64,000 bases of DNA, taken from NCBI GenBank assembly GCA_041746575.1, contig JBGTGT010000046.1:1-64000 (forward strand). Direction: 5' to 3'. Of the stretch, positions 43,935 through 54,951 are shown piece after piece. The notes beneath the pieces were generated by a model, which made no database searches, was not told the DNA's origin, and saw nothing but the letters and a program-made list of their open reading frames with translations. The translations under genes and the position numbers were made by a program. The stretch comes from Microcystaceae cyanobacterium. Lineage in GTDB: Bacteria > Cyanobacteriota > Cyanobacteriia > Cyanobacteriales > Microcystaceae. Position 1 is the stretch's first letter. Every line of letters starts with the position of its first letter.

Positions 43935-44801
43935 ATGATGTGGAAAATCAAGCCCCTTCTTCCCTGCGCTGCCACTGCCCTAACGCTCGCCATTGTTCCT
44001 GCGGCGCAAGCTGTGGTGATGATACCAACACCTTTTATCCCTGCTGGGAGCATCGTCCCTGCCGAAAATTCGTTTAATGACGGTGAGCCTCCGAGTAACG
44101 CCGGACTTCTTATTAAAGATATTGTGGTGCAAACATCTGCAAATTTTGCGTCGGTTTATGAAGCTTGTTTTGAATATGGGCTATATGTAGACATATTTAA
44201 CGCCAATCGCCCCCCTGCTTGTGTTGACGTTGCTAGTCTCAATACACCGCAGTTTCTGAACCAGATGGACTTAGCGATCTTGGCTGGGGGAGCCATCAGT
44301 TCACCGCCGCCTGATTTTGAACCCACGTCTAACGGGATGTTAACAGCTTTAAATAATGCCGTTGTCAGTGGGGTACAACGAACTCAAGGAAAGTTTTATT
44401 TTGATCTCAATGAGAATGGGATCATTGAGGTAGATAACCTGAATCCTCCTGTGGACGATGCTTCCTCTGAGGTGGGGGATTTTGAAGGAACGATAGTGGG
44501 TTATTCCGTTAATACTTTCATGATTCCCTATTCTCTACAAGATATCAACAATACGCCGGGGGATCTGTTGGACGATCAAGTCACGGGTGTCTTAGGCACC
44601 TATAACCCCCATACGGGAACATGGTCAATTGATACGGATAATACAACTTTTTCAGGAGATTTGGCGATGCACGTTCGTTTTCGTCAAACTCGCACCATTA
44701 ATCTGAATCCTGTCCAGAGTACACCCGAACCATCTAGCTGGGTTGGTATTTTATTGGGGGGAATTTCTCTTTTAGTCACTCGTCGGTTTCGTCGCCGCTA
44801 A
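43935..44801 (+). CDS. PEP-CTERM surface protein
   Basis: Signal peptide ..PAAQA; TPEPSS + transmembrane segment + RRFRRR. Confidence 0.85.
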   Translation: MMWKIKPLLPCAATALTLAIVPAAQAVVMIPTPFIPAGSIVPAENSFNDGEPPSNAGLLIKDIVVQTSANFASVYEACFEYGLYVDIFNANRPPACVDVASLNTPQFLNQMDLAILAGGAISSPPPDFEPTSNGMLTALNNAVVSGVQRTQGKFYFDLNENGIIEVDNLNPPVDDASSEVGDFEGTIVGYSVNTFMIPYSLQDINNTPGDLLDDQVTGVLGTYNPHTGTWSIDTDNTTFSGDLAMHVRFRQTRTINLNPVQSTPEPSSWVGILLGGISLLVTRRFRRR

Positions 44802-45198
44802 AGATTAACGGTTAAAAATTAGGGCAAAAAGCGAAAAAATTGTAAAAGTTAGATATCAATCAGGTTTTACTTCTACATTCTACTTATTGATCCATCTCTT
44901 ATTCTTTTTCTGTGGTTTTCAGAGGAGATGGATTTTGGGGATCACGTTTAAATTTGGTTTAAATTTGATTAAATCTCAGTTCGGCTGTCTCTATTAGTTG
45001 CATTGAAGAGAAATGATTGATTCTTGCTTTAACATTCCTTAACTTTGATTTTAACAACAGGATTGAGTCTAGGCATTTTTTCTATCTTTTTAACACTCAA
45101 TTTTTGTTACGAAAGTATTAAGTAAATTCAAAAAGTCTTTTTCTTCAATAAAGTATAATGTTATAAAAGACAAGTAAACTTTGATTTACTTAAATAAT

Positions 45199-46431
45199 AT
45201 GTCTGGAAAATTTAAGATATTAGCAACCTGTTCCGTGGTGGCTGCTGCATTGGGGATTTCGCCCATTGCCCAGACAGCGTTTAATATGGCGCAGTCCTCA
45301 GATTATATCCCTTCTATTAATCGCGGGTTTTCTGCACCGACTCTTGATATTCGTCCTCTGGGTTTATTTGGTCGTACCATTCCCGTCGCTTCAAGGAATG
45401 TACTGTCCTCATCCCCTTCTTCTTTATTAAAAATTACCATGCCCTTAGTAGAAGATCTGCCAGAGGAAACAGAGTCAGAAAGGATAGAGGCTACACCTTC
45501 GTTCCTTCCTGCAACAAGTGTTCAACCCGATCTTTCTGTTAACCCCCCATTGTCGTCTCAGGGAAAGACGGTCGCACCAACGTCATCAGCTCCCCCAGAG
45601 ATAGTTGCGATTAGAACAACCAACCAGAATCTTTCACCGACAGCAGATTCTCTGCCTATCCCCACCGTTACGGTTTCTGAACCCGCCGAAAATCCGCAAA
45701 ACTCAGGAGGGCCGAGTAATGCCGCCTTATTAGTGGAAAATGTCTATGTGCAGAATCCGAATAAGCCGAAGTTTGCGACGGAATATAGTGTTTGTTTTGA
45801 GTATGGACGATATATAGACTTATTCAACCTCAATCGCCCTAATATTTGCTTTGAAATCCCTAGTTTTGACTTAGATCCAGTCATTGCAACGGCAGAACCC
45901 GAATTCTTAAATAATTTTGACGGAGCAACACAGGTAGCAAATGGAGTAACCCAGTCCGGTTTCCCTTTCTTCAAGCCTGTCTCCAATGGAATTAGTACTG
46001 CCTTAAATAATGCAGTTGTTGATGATGTTCGCCGCGTTCAAGGGAATTTTTACTTTGATGTCAACGAGGATGGGATTATTGAAAATCCTGATGACATCGC
46101 TGAATTTGACGGAAACATTACCAACTATTCTACGGGAGAATATCTCGTTCCCTATGCGCTTCAAGATCCCAATAACACTCCCTCAGACCCAACGGATGAT
46201 ACGGTTTTTTCTGTTAAATATATCTATAATTCAACCCTTGCACAATGGACATTTGATGGCACAAATTCGACCAGCACGGATGATCTCCAGTTTTACGCTC
46301 GTTTTAAGGAGACTGGCCAAGTAACCGTTCTTGCGGAATTGCCGGAATCGTCTGGTTTGGGGGGAATTTTAGGGTTTGGGGGTTTCGTTTTGTTAATAGT
46401 TCGGCGTTTCGGCAAAAAAGACCAAGATTAG
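45199..46431 (+). CDS. PEP-CTERM-like surface protein, paralog of 43935-44801
   Basis: Signal peptide, P/S/T-rich linker, shared core domain, LPESS + transmembrane segment + RRFGKK. Confidence 0.8.
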   Translation: MSGKFKILATCSVVAAALGISPIAQTAFNMAQSSDYIPSINRGFSAPTLDIRPLGLFGRTIPVASRNVLSSSPSSLLKITMPLVEDLPEETESERIEATPSFLPATSVQPDLSVNPPLSSQGKTVAPTSSAPPEIVAIRTTNQNLSPTADSLPIPTVTVSEPAENPQNSGGPSNAALLVENVYVQNPNKPKFATEYSVCFEYGRYIDLFNLNRPNICFEIPSFDLDPVIATAEPEFLNNFDGATQVANGVTQSGFPFFKPVSNGISTALNNAVVDDVRRVQGNFYFDVNEDGIIENPDDIAEFDGNITNYSTGEYLVPYALQDPNNTPSDPTDDTVFSVKYIYNSTLAQWTFDGTNSTSTDDLQFYARFKETGQVTVLAELPESSGLGGILGFGGFVLLIVRRFGKKDQD

Positions 46432-46657
46432 TCTTCTCGCGGAAGTCGGCTCGTATTTGGCACACTTGATGAGGTGGCAATCGGCGGTAATTGCTTTTTT
46501 TGAACGATCTCAAGGTCAAGCTTGCACAGCGATCGCTGATGTCTAAGGGTTCTGTTAAGATTTAAGGAGTAGCCGCTATCTTTGATTTGATGAAAAGAAC
46601 GATAATTTTCTCGATAACTGGGTGTTTAGGCTCCAGATTATTTCAACCGCTCATCAA

Positions 46658-47200
46658 TTAATAATTTCCCAAAAACCAATTCCCTTCAGCCTCTGGTTTT
46701 TCACTATAAAGAAACTCATCAAATAAGGCTATCAATTCATCTTTGTCCAAAAAACCATCTTGATTTAGATCTAATTTTGAAAAGATTTGTCGTGCTTCGG
46801 GTTCTGCAATTTCATAGATTTGATAAAATTGCTGAAATTCTGCTGAATTTGCCTTCCCGTCTTGGGAATAATCCATCGCTTTTAAGGTCATATTAATAAT
46901 AGCTTGCTTAACGTAGGGTGCTTCTGAAAGATAAAGCATTTGCTCTAAATACCATAACCATTCTTTTAAAGTGATTTTACCATCAGCGTTACGGTCTGCC
47001 CAAACTTGTAAACGATGACTAAAACCAGTCCAAAAAAAATGGAGTTCTTCGTAATCGGGATTATCCCATGTCCATCCTCGCAAATGAATAATTTTGTCGA
47101 GGGTTTGCTGGAAATCTTCTGGACTAAGTACTCCATCTTTATTTCGATCTAAAATATGAAAGAAACGGGTTAATTTTCTTTGTCTGAGTTCACTGAGCAT
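46658..47200 (-). CDS. EF-hand calcium-binding protein
   Basis: DRNKDGVLSPED, DRNADGKITLKE, DYSQDGK, DLNQDGFLDKDE. Confidence 0.92.
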   Translation of the reverse strand: MLSELRQRKLTRFFHILDRNKDGVLSPEDFQQTLDKIIHLRGWTWDNPDYEELHFFWTGFSHRLQVWADRNADGKITLKEWLWYLEQMLYLSEAPYVKQAIINMTLKAMDYSQDGKANSAEFQQFYQIYEIAEPEARQIFSKLDLNQDGFLDKDELIALFDEFLYSEKPEAEGNWFLGNY

Positions 47201-47330
47201 GGCAATATAATTCTGAGATAGCCTAGTTATTTTACTCTGCTAAAAGCATCAAAAAAACTGAATTCTTAATCTTACTCCGCTTGTTGAGTTTTCGTCTTTT
47301 AATAATTCATCAAATCAATCAAAAAACGTT

Positions 47331-48086
47331 TTAAATCCGATTACTCATTAAGGCGAATCCGATCGCAATTATTGCGCCTAATAGGGTATTGATAAAATTC
47401 ACCACTTCATTGGTCAACCATTGCCAGCGAGATTGTAAGGTTGCACCGATGAGACTTTCGAGGTTTGTGGCGATAAATGCCGCTAAAATGCACCAAAGCA
47501 CGCCGATTAAGGGGATTATACCAATCAACCACCCTAAAAGGGCAATAGCGATCGCCCCAACTATTCCCGCCAATGTGCCTTCTAAGCTCACTGCACCTTC
47601 TGTGCCTCGTGGTACGGGTTGTAAGGTTGTAATAAGAAAGGTGCGTTTTCCGTAGGCTTTTCCCACTTCTGAGGCAGTCGTATCTGCCAATTTTGTGCAG
47701 AAACTAGCAACATACCCTAAAATCAGCAATTCTCGGACAGGATATGTCACAAATAACGTTCCGATGGCGCATAGCGTCCCCGTTAAGGCAGAACCCCAGA
47801 CATTTTCTGGACCTCGTTGACCTGAGCGTTTTTCGGCAATCCCTTCAGCGGCTTTTTGTACCATACCGATCCGCGTTACCGCAGAACCAACGAGAAAATA
47901 GAATATAACAATCGCATAACCTCGCCATCCGAGGGTTCCCCATACAATAACCCCTAAGAGCCAGGCATGGAGGTAACCAACGGGAGTTAAAAGTTTTTTC
48001 GGTGCAATGAAAGCAAAAGAAAGTAAAAGCGTATTTAAACCAATCGCCAGCCACCACGGTTGATAAGAAGTAAAAATTTCAGTCAT
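47331..48086 (-). CDS. TIGR00297/DUF92 membrane protein
   Basis: RGPENVWGS, DTTASEVG, GTEGAVSLEGT, ESLIGA. Confidence 0.9.
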   Translation of the reverse strand: MTEIFTSYQPWWLAIGLNTLLLSFAFIAPKKLLTPVGYLHAWLLGVIVWGTLGWRGYAIVIFYFLVGSAVTRIGMVQKAAEGIAEKRSGQRGPENVWGSALTGTLCAIGTLFVTYPVRELLILGYVASFCTKLADTTASEVGKAYGKRTFLITTLQPVPRGTEGAVSLEGTLAGIVGAIAIALLGWLIGIIPLIGVLWCILAAFIATNLESLIGATLQSRWQWLTNEVVNFINTLLGAIIAIGFALMSNRI

Positions 48087-48223
48087 ACTTTTATCTTTGC
48101 TTGAGTTTAACTTTGATGGGCTTACTTGAGATTATGTTTGTAAAAACTACATAAAATAAGAAATTAGCCAGAAATCTTGAATTGAAAGCCGATAGGGCTA
48201 CAAAGCTTTCGCCCAAGACCTTT

Positions 48224-49696
48224 CTATCTTCCTCCGACGGTGATGGAATCGACCTTTAAGTGGGGTTGTCCAACGGTGACATAGACGCTACCACTGACGG
48301 AACCGCAGAATCCGGCGGCTAATCCTAAATCTTGCGAACAGAGGGAGATTTTTTGCATAATATCGGTTGCTGTACCAATTAAGGTTGCCCCCTTCAAGGG
48401 TTTGGTAATTTTGCCATTTTCAATTAAATAGGCTTCTGATACAGCAAAATTAAATTCTCCTGTCGCGCCAACACTTCCGCCACCCATTTGCTTACAATAG
48501 ATTCCTTTATCTATCGAGGCAAATAGAGCATCGAACGTGGCGTCACCTGACGCAATATAGGTATTACGCATCCGAGAGGCTGCAGCATAGGCGTAACTTT
48601 GACGGCGACCACTTCCTGTGCGAGGGTGACCTGTCCGCATTGAACCTGTGCGATCTGCGATAAAATTCTTTAAGATGCCATTTTCAATCAATAAGGTGCG
48701 CTGGGTGGGCATTCCTTCATCATCCATGTCAATCGTGCCGAAAGCTTTATCCGTTAATCCTTCATCCCATGCGGTCAAACTTTCGTGGGCAATTTTTTCG
48801 CCCTTTTTCTCGCTAAAGGGACTGGTTTTATGTTCAATTTGCGTGGTTTCGAGTAAATGTCCGCACGCTTCGTGGAAAATCACCCCGCCAAACTCGTTGG
48901 CCATAATAATGGGATACGTCCCCGATTCTACATAATCGGCATAAAGCATCTTACCAGAGGATTCTGCCAGTTCTTCGGCAGTTTTTTCTCGATTCCATGT
49001 TCTCAGGAAGTCTGGCTCACTGGTACTGCCTAATCGTTTACTCATTGAGGAACGATGTTCACCATCAGCGCAAAGTAAGGAGCATCCGACGGATTGGGTT
49101 AAGCGAATGTCTCTAGCAAATGTGCCATCACTAGCGGCGATTAGAACTTCTTGCCAATCCCGAAAGTACATCGCTCGTCGAGATTGAATGTGAGAGGCTT
49201 TCTGATTAAGCTTATCTGTAGATTCTAAGAGAATATCTCCCATTTCTGCCATTGAGCTACAGTTTCCCAGCCAAATTTCTTTATTTTTTAGAGTAGCATA
49301 ATCCCGTAGAATCTCTAAGTTAATTTCGGGAATATAGGCGTTAGCTGAGGGTAAATTTAAGCCTAAAATGGATAATCCTTTCTCTAGAGAAGATTTTAAA
49401 CCAGAAAATGACAAATTATTGGTGCTAACGTAACAATCCGACTTGTTTTTGTACACTCGAACGCCGGCACCAGTGGATAAACGGGGGGAAATGCTCGTAA
49501 TTAGGTTGTCTTCTGCTAAACAACTAATATAATTGACTCTTTCTAAGAAAAATTCTACAAAATCAGCCCCTGCCGCTCGTCCTAAGCCGAGTAATGTTGA
49601 GAGAGGCGCACGCCATGTTTCATCAAACCGTTCACGACTGGGATGATATTGCAGTTTGGGTAATTCTTGGGAAAGTAGCAAGGAAGTCCGTGACAT
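48224..49696 (-). CDS. tldD: TldD-family metalloprotease
   Basis: [26 protein letters not shown]. Confidence 0.9.
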   Translation of the reverse strand: MSRTSLLLSQELPKLQYHPSRERFDETWRAPLSTLLGLGRAAGADFVEFFLERVNYISCLAEDNLITSISPRLSTGAGVRVYKNKSDCYVSTNNLSFSGLKSSLEKGLSILGLNLPSANAYIPEINLEILRDYATLKNKEIWLGNCSSMAEMGDILLESTDKLNQKASHIQSRRAMYFRDWQEVLIAASDGTFARDIRLTQSVGCSLLCADGEHRSSMSKRLGSTSEPDFLRTWNREKTAEELAESSGKMLYADYVESGTYPIIMANEFGGVIFHEACGHLLETTQIEHKTSPFSEKKGEKIAHESLTAWDEGLTDKAFGTIDMDDEGMPTQRTLLIENGILKNFIADRTGSMRTGHPRTGSGRRQSYAYAAASRMRNTYIASGDATFDALFASIDKGIYCKQMGGGSVGATGEFNFAVSEAYLIENGKITKPLKGATLIGTATDIMQKISLCSQDLGLAAGFCGSVSGSVYVTVGQPHLKVDSITVGGR

Positions 49697-49853
49697 AAAT
49701 CTTTATCGTTTGATGGATAAGTAGGGTTGCAGTTTATTTATTATAACTTCTCATTAATTAAATTCCCATCTAACTCCTTCTCTGTTTGAAGATATATAAT
49801 CTTAAATTAAGTAACCAATTTAAGGCGTATTAAGAGTGATAAACCTTTTTAGA

Positions 49854-50420
49854 TGCCAGTAATTTAGTTTTAAAAGATGTGCATAATTCTCTTAAACTCG
49901 AACGAAAATTAAAAGACTCTTTTATTTTCTTACTTCCTTTGGAAGATTCGTCTGAGAAGGAACAAGGAGCTTTGGAAAAAATTTGAAAGCTATTATGAGG
50001 AAGGTAAACTTTTAGAAGGAGAAGTTAAATTTTTAGTGTTATCATCTTTGATTTGGTTAGCAGGTTTTTATAACCCTCAGATTAAAATTACATTGGAGGA
50101 AAATATTACGACGATTCAAATTCAAGATGGGGATATCTTAATTAAAGGTCGCATGAGTACTTTAGCAGTGACTCGGACTGAAAATGATACCACTTCGCTA
50201 TGGATATTATTAATCAAATCCAAAAGAAGTCGGATTATTACTTTAGAAGGTTTACCCCAATTATTAACCTATGCTTCCACCAGTTTAAATCATCAAGATT
50301 CGGTTTAGGGATCAACTCCCAATGGCATTAACTATCAATTTATTTATCTTGAAAAAAATCAAAATATGGTTTATTACCTTTATCAGAATTAAGTCTTACA
50401 AGTTTTAACAACATTAAATA
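49854..50420 (+). pseudogene. degraded cyanobacterial HsdR-N-like / PD-(D/E)xK protein
   Basis: EGEVKFLVLS..LAGFY, ILIKGR, WILLIKSK, LPQLLTY, NG..YQF, with stops and frameshifts. Confidence 0.55.
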
Positions 50421-50480
50421 AACAGTTATGAGCGAGAACTTTTCTCTATATTGTAAAAAGTAATGATCTAAGCATATTAT

Positions 50481-50951
50481 TCAAAGTAAATAATCCTCGT
50501 TCAAATTCTCTGCTAAGGTAAAAGGAGACTCAATAGGGAAAATATAAAAATTTAACCCTGTTTCCAAAGATGCTTCTTTTCTGACTTTACGATAACAGTG
50601 AGTCAAAATCTCAATAACATTCAGTAATATAAGGCATTAAACGGGTACTATTTTCTCAAGATTCTCTGATTCTTACTCGATCTTCAAAAATCGTATATAA
50701 ACAACTATTGGAACGTTTTTTAGATTAATATTTACATTTTAATAAGTGCATTAAAACTACTCTTAAATTACTTGCCAAAGCGTGCTTTTCTATCCTTTCC
50801 ATACTTTCAATTTCTTCAATTAAATTTTCGTAGTCTAACTGATCCAACTGACGATCGCTTAATAATTCTGCTGTTCTTTTTAACCAAAGATAATATCTTG
50901 TTCATAAAGATGGTTGCTTTTTTCATAATCATTAGGTTTAATCAAAGTCAT
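50481..50951 (-). pseudogene. DUF29-family pseudogene
   Basis: LYEQD, LDYENLIEEIESM, LASNLRVVLMHLLK, KEASLETGL, FPIESPFT read across several stops and frameshifts. Confidence 0.8.
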
Positions 50952-51189
50952 AATTTGATCATTTTCAAGAAATAAATAGGATTATTTTGATATTATCTTA
51001 CACGATTTTTCAAAAACAATGAGAGACTTAGAGGATAACGTAATCCGGTGCATCATTCACTGAGGACATAACTGTCAAACCCTCACCCGATCAGTCACAA
51101 TAAGTCAATTCAATGCGTAACAGCCGATTAACTCTTACCATTGTTTTAAGTTAAGATAAGATAAGTATTATTAACATCTCTTAATCTAT

Positions 51190-52200
51190 ATGATGCTGAA
51201 CCGTCTGAAAACCTCCCCCTTTTTTTACCCAATTATTTTGATTTCTCCCTTTTTTCTGTGGGGAACAGCGATGGTGGCGATGAAAGGAGTGATGGATACG
51301 ACTACTCCCCTTTTTATGGCGGCAATTCGTCTGTTTCCGGCGGGATGCTTGATTTTACTACTAACAGTTCTGTTGAAACTGCCTCAACCGAAAACCCTTA
51401 AGGCATGGTTAGGGATTGCCCTTTTTGCCTTATTAGATGGCACAATGTTTCAAGGATTTTTAGCGGAAGGATTACAGCGAACAGGTGCAGGATTAGGCTC
51501 AGTCATTATTGATTCTCAACCCCTTGCAGTCGCGTTACTTTCTAGCTGGTTATTTGGCGAAATTATCGGGGGATGGGGATGGTTAGGCTTAATTATTGGT
51601 ATTTTTGGTATTAGCTTAATCGGTCTACCTCAAGAGTGGTTATTACACGCTTTTGATAGTCAATCGGTGGCGATGAGTTGGGAATGGCAGGGGTTATTGA
51701 ATAGCGGAGAATGGTTGATGTTGATGGCTTCGCTATCGATGGCAACGGGAACAATTATTATTCGCTATATTAGTCGTCAGGTTGACCCCGTAGTGGCGAC
51801 AGGTTGGCACATGATTTTAGGAGGAATTCCTTTATTTATTGGGTCTAGTTTATGGGAGTCCCATCAATGGCAAGCGATTACCCCGTCTGGTTGGCTCTCT
51901 CTAAGTTATGCAACGATTTTCGGTAGTGCGATCGCTTATGGGGTCTTTTTCTATATCGCTTCTCAAGGAAATCTGACCAGTTTCACTGCTTTAACTTTTC
52001 TTACGCCTGTTTTTGCCTTAACGTTTGGCAATTTCTTTTTAGCAGAGGTTCTGACGCCGTTGCAATGGTTAGGGGTTGGTTTTACGTTAGTCAGTATTTA
52101 TTTAATTAATCAACGGGAAAAAATGGCAGAAAATATACAGTTATTACTATCTTTTCCTCAATACCTTAAGCAGATTATTAAAAATCCCCTTATTAGTTAA
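51190..52200 (+). CDS. DMT/EamA family transporter
   Basis: PFFLWGTAM, GAGLGSVIIDSQP; about 10 transmembrane segments. Confidence 0.9.
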   Translation: MMLNRLKTSPFFYPIILISPFFLWGTAMVAMKGVMDTTTPLFMAAIRLFPAGCLILLLTVLLKLPQPKTLKAWLGIALFALLDGTMFQGFLAEGLQRTGAGLGSVIIDSQPLAVALLSSWLFGEIIGGWGWLGLIIGIFGISLIGLPQEWLLHAFDSQSVAMSWEWQGLLNSGEWLMLMASLSMATGTIIIRYISRQVDPVVATGWHMILGGIPLFIGSSLWESHQWQAITPSGWLSLSYATIFGSAIAYGVFFYIASQGNLTSFTALTFLTPVFALTFGNFFLAEVLTPLQWLGVGFTLVSIYLINQREKMAENIQLLLSFPQYLKQIIKNPLIS

Positions 52201-52235
52201 TCGTTAATCGTTGGCGTTTTTTTAAAGAGAATAAA

Positions 52236-52859
52236 CTAAGAGAATTGACCATAAAAAGGCAAAGAATCTGACCACTGAGGTCGTTGACCTTCTTGCCATT
52301 GCATATTCGCTAATTCTAATAAACTGTCGACTGTGTCGCCTAAATTATCTGGCGTTTGGATCACTTTTTCTTTTAGTTCCAAATCTTCTAATTTTTGTTC
52401 CCATACTGACGGCAATATAACCTGATCTTCAACATAGGGAATAAGCTGGGTCTTCTCTGCATTAAACTGATAAACTGCTCCATAGAGATAGTCTTTTGTG
52501 GCGATCATTTGTAGAGGAAGATAAGTATCAAGAAAATAATGGTTTCGGCATGACCAAGCGTAGGTTTTTAAACTAGAAAGGCTAAAAATAGGAAGGTTTA
52601 ACTGTTGTCCTAACGTTCTCGCTGTGACAATCCCAAGGCGGGTACTGGTAAAACTACCGGGTCCCTTTGCGACGGCAATATAGGCGAGTTCTTGCCATGT
52701 TTGAGGTTGAAGAAAATGAAGTAAAAGTAAATGTAATTGATTCGATAATTGACGATCTAATTGCCATGTTTGATATCGAATAATGTTGGTATTCAAGTTT
52801 AATCCTAGTCCTAATTGACCCGTTGTTGTGTGGATTCCTAATCCGTATTTTTTTTTCAT
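52236..52859 (-). CDS. tsaB: tRNA threonylcarbamoyladenosine biosynthesis protein TsaB
   Basis: GLGIHTT, GPGSFTSTRLG. Confidence 0.9.
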   Translation of the reverse strand: MKKKYGLGIHTTTGQLGLGLNLNTNIIRYQTWQLDRQLSNQLHLLLLHFLQPQTWQELAYIAVAKGPGSFTSTRLGIVTARTLGQQLNLPIFSLSSLKTYAWSCRNHYFLDTYLPLQMIATKDYLYGAVYQFNAEKTQLIPYVEDQVILPSVWEQKLEDLELKEKVIQTPDNLGDTVDSLLELANMQWQEGQRPQWSDSLPFYGQFS

Positions 52860-52928
52860 ATCAATGGAGATTTGACCAGATAACAAATCATCTAATTCTT
52901 AATAACTGCCTAACGTCTAAAAGTCTTT

Positions 52929-53393
52929 TTAACGCTTCATTGCTCTTGCCATTTCTCTAGCATCGTCGCGCCGTTTTACCGTTTCTCGTTTATCATGAAT
53001 TTTCTTCCCTTTCCCTAAGCCTAAACTGACTTTGACTTTACTGCCTTTAAAGTACATCTTAATCGGTACTAGGGTTAAGCCTTTTTGCTCTACTTTACCA
53101 ATTAATTTGTTAATTTCTTGTCGGTGTAAAAGCAATTTTCGGTCACGACGTGGATCATGGTTAAAGTATTCGCCACTGGCTTGATAAGGTGAAATATGAA
53201 CATTAATCAACCAAATTTCTCCTTGGCGGATTAAACCATATCCATCTCGCAAATTAATTTTTCCTTCCCGAATAGACTTCACCTCTGTACCAACAAGTTG
53301 AATTCCCGCTTCGTAGGTTTCGAGGATTTCGTAGAGAAAGCGAGCTTGACGGTTATCACTGATGATTTTGATGCCACTTGTTTGATTACCCAT
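52929..53393 (-). CDS. smpB: SsrA-binding protein
   Basis: NRQARF.Y, EAGIQLVGTEVKSIR, RKLLLH, GKKIHDKRE. Confidence 0.98.
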   Translation of the reverse strand: MGNQTSGIKIISDNRQARFLYEILETYEAGIQLVGTEVKSIREGKINLRDGYGLIRQGEIWLINVHISPYQASGEYFNHDPRRDRKLLLHRQEINKLIGKVEQKGLTLVPIKMYFKGSKVKVSLGLGKGKKIHDKRETVKRRDDAREMARAMKR

Positions 53394-53435
53394 AGTCTTT
53401 CTAGGATAACATTTGTTTAAGAAAATAAGATAATT

Positions 53436-54386
53436 TTAAATTCCGCCCCAAAAGAAGCGCATTAACCAAAAAGGAACTAAAAGTCCTAAAACGATCCAGT
53501 CTGCTCCTCTTAACTGTAATTTGTGCCATTGGACTTCATGTTCATTGGGACTGGTAAATCCTCGCACATCCATGGCGGTCGCAATTTGTTCAGCACGCCT
53601 TAAGAGATTTTCTAAGAGTCGTTCCACAACAATCAGCCAAACCTGCATACTACGCTTAAAACCCAGTTTTTTCCAATTAATTGCCCTAGTACGAATCGAT
53701 CTAGCTAAATTTTGAATTTCTTCAAGCACTAAGGGAATAAAGCGTAGAGAAAGGGTAAGGGTTAACATTACTTCAGTAATTGGCAGTTTAAAGCGACGCA
53801 AAGGGGAAAGGAGGTCATCTAGCCCTGCAGTGATGGCTTCAGGTGCAGTAGTGAGTAAATAGAGGTTACAGCTATAAATCAGGGTAAAAATGAGGGTACT
53901 GATGCGGATTCCCAAGTCTAAGGAGCGACGGGTTACAAAAAGCTTTCCCCAGTCTAGGACAACATAATTATAATCGCTAGGTTGAGGTAAACCTTTTAAG
54001 GCTTCAATTTTTTGTTCAATTTCAGGGCAAAGGCTAAATTTTCCGTTTTCTTGGCAATACTGCGGGATAATATCTCCGGCGGGCAGACGAGATTGGGTGT
54101 TAATATCAAGGCCATCGGGACTGATAGCAGTTAAGAGGAAAACCAATCCCCCCAAAGTTAATAACCATCCCATTTGTTGCCGCCAAACTCGTAGCGGAAT
54201 TCTGGCTAGTAGGGTTAACACGATTAATAGAATTACTATCCCGATACGCCATTCGGCGGTGGCTAATAAAGGGGCGAGTAAAAAGGTCATTAACCATGTT
54301 AACTTGACTCTGGGGTCGAGGTGATGTAACCAAGTAACGGGTTTTTCTAAGTAGAGGCCAATAGGAAGCGATCGCAGTAAATCCAT
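53436..54386 (-). CDS. ECF transporter transmembrane component T (CbiQ family)
   Basis: LDPRVKL, LSLRFIP, AMDVRGF. Confidence 0.9.
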   Translation of the reverse strand: MDLLRSLPIGLYLEKPVTWLHHLDPRVKLTWLMTFLLAPLLATAEWRIGIVILLIVLTLLARIPLRVWRQQMGWLLTLGGLVFLLTAISPDGLDINTQSRLPAGDIIPQYCQENGKFSLCPEIEQKIEALKGLPQPSDYNYVVLDWGKLFVTRRSLDLGIRISTLIFTLIYSCNLYLLTTAPEAITAGLDDLLSPLRRFKLPITEVMLTLTLSLRFIPLVLEEIQNLARSIRTRAINWKKLGFKRSMQVWLIVVERLLENLLRRAEQIATAMDVRGFTSPNEHEVQWHKLQLRGADWIVLGLLVPFWLMRFFWGGI

Positions 54387-54423
54387 GCTATCTGTTGATC
54401 AAGAATGAATATTAAAACACATT

Positions 54424-54951
54424 ATGGAATTTCTTTATCTTAACACCCAATTACCCCATCTTGCTACGGAAATTCGTTCAATTTTAACGCCATCAATTCT
54501 TAAAGAAATGTATCTTCATGCTTATCGTTGTTATCCTGAAGAATGTTGCGGTTTGGTCTTACAAAAAGGGCTGAAGGTTTGTCAAAATATGCAGAATAAA
54601 TGGCATACTCTCGACCCCATTCATTATCCAAGAACGGCACAGGAAGCTTTTCTTTTGTCTGCGGAAGATTCTTTGTTTTTGAGTCGTAATATCGAATCAG
54701 AAAATTCGGTTAAAATTCTTTATCATTCCCATGTGAATGTGGGAGCTTATTTAAGTGAAGAAGATCGCCAAAATGCTTTATTTGAAGGAAAACCGATTTA
54801 TCCAATCGATCATTTTGTTATTGATATCCGTCAAGAGCAAGTGGTCGAAGCTAAATTATTTCGTTTTAGGGAAGATAACTATCAATTAATAGCAACATTG
54901 TCGGGTTTGAAATTGAGCGAATCCTTCAGGAACTCATCGGAAAAAAAATAG
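54424..54951 (+). CDS. JAB/Mov34/MPN metallopeptidase
   Basis: YPEECCG...YHSH...YLSEED. Confidence 0.85.
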   Translation: MEFLYLNTQLPHLATEIRSILTPSILKEMYLHAYRCYPEECCGLVLQKGLKVCQNMQNKWHTLDPIHYPRTAQEAFLLSAEDSLFLSRNIESENSVKILYHSHVNVGAYLSEEDRQNALFEGKPIYPIDHFVIDIRQEQVVEAKLFRFREDNYQLIATLSGLKLSESFRNSSEKK

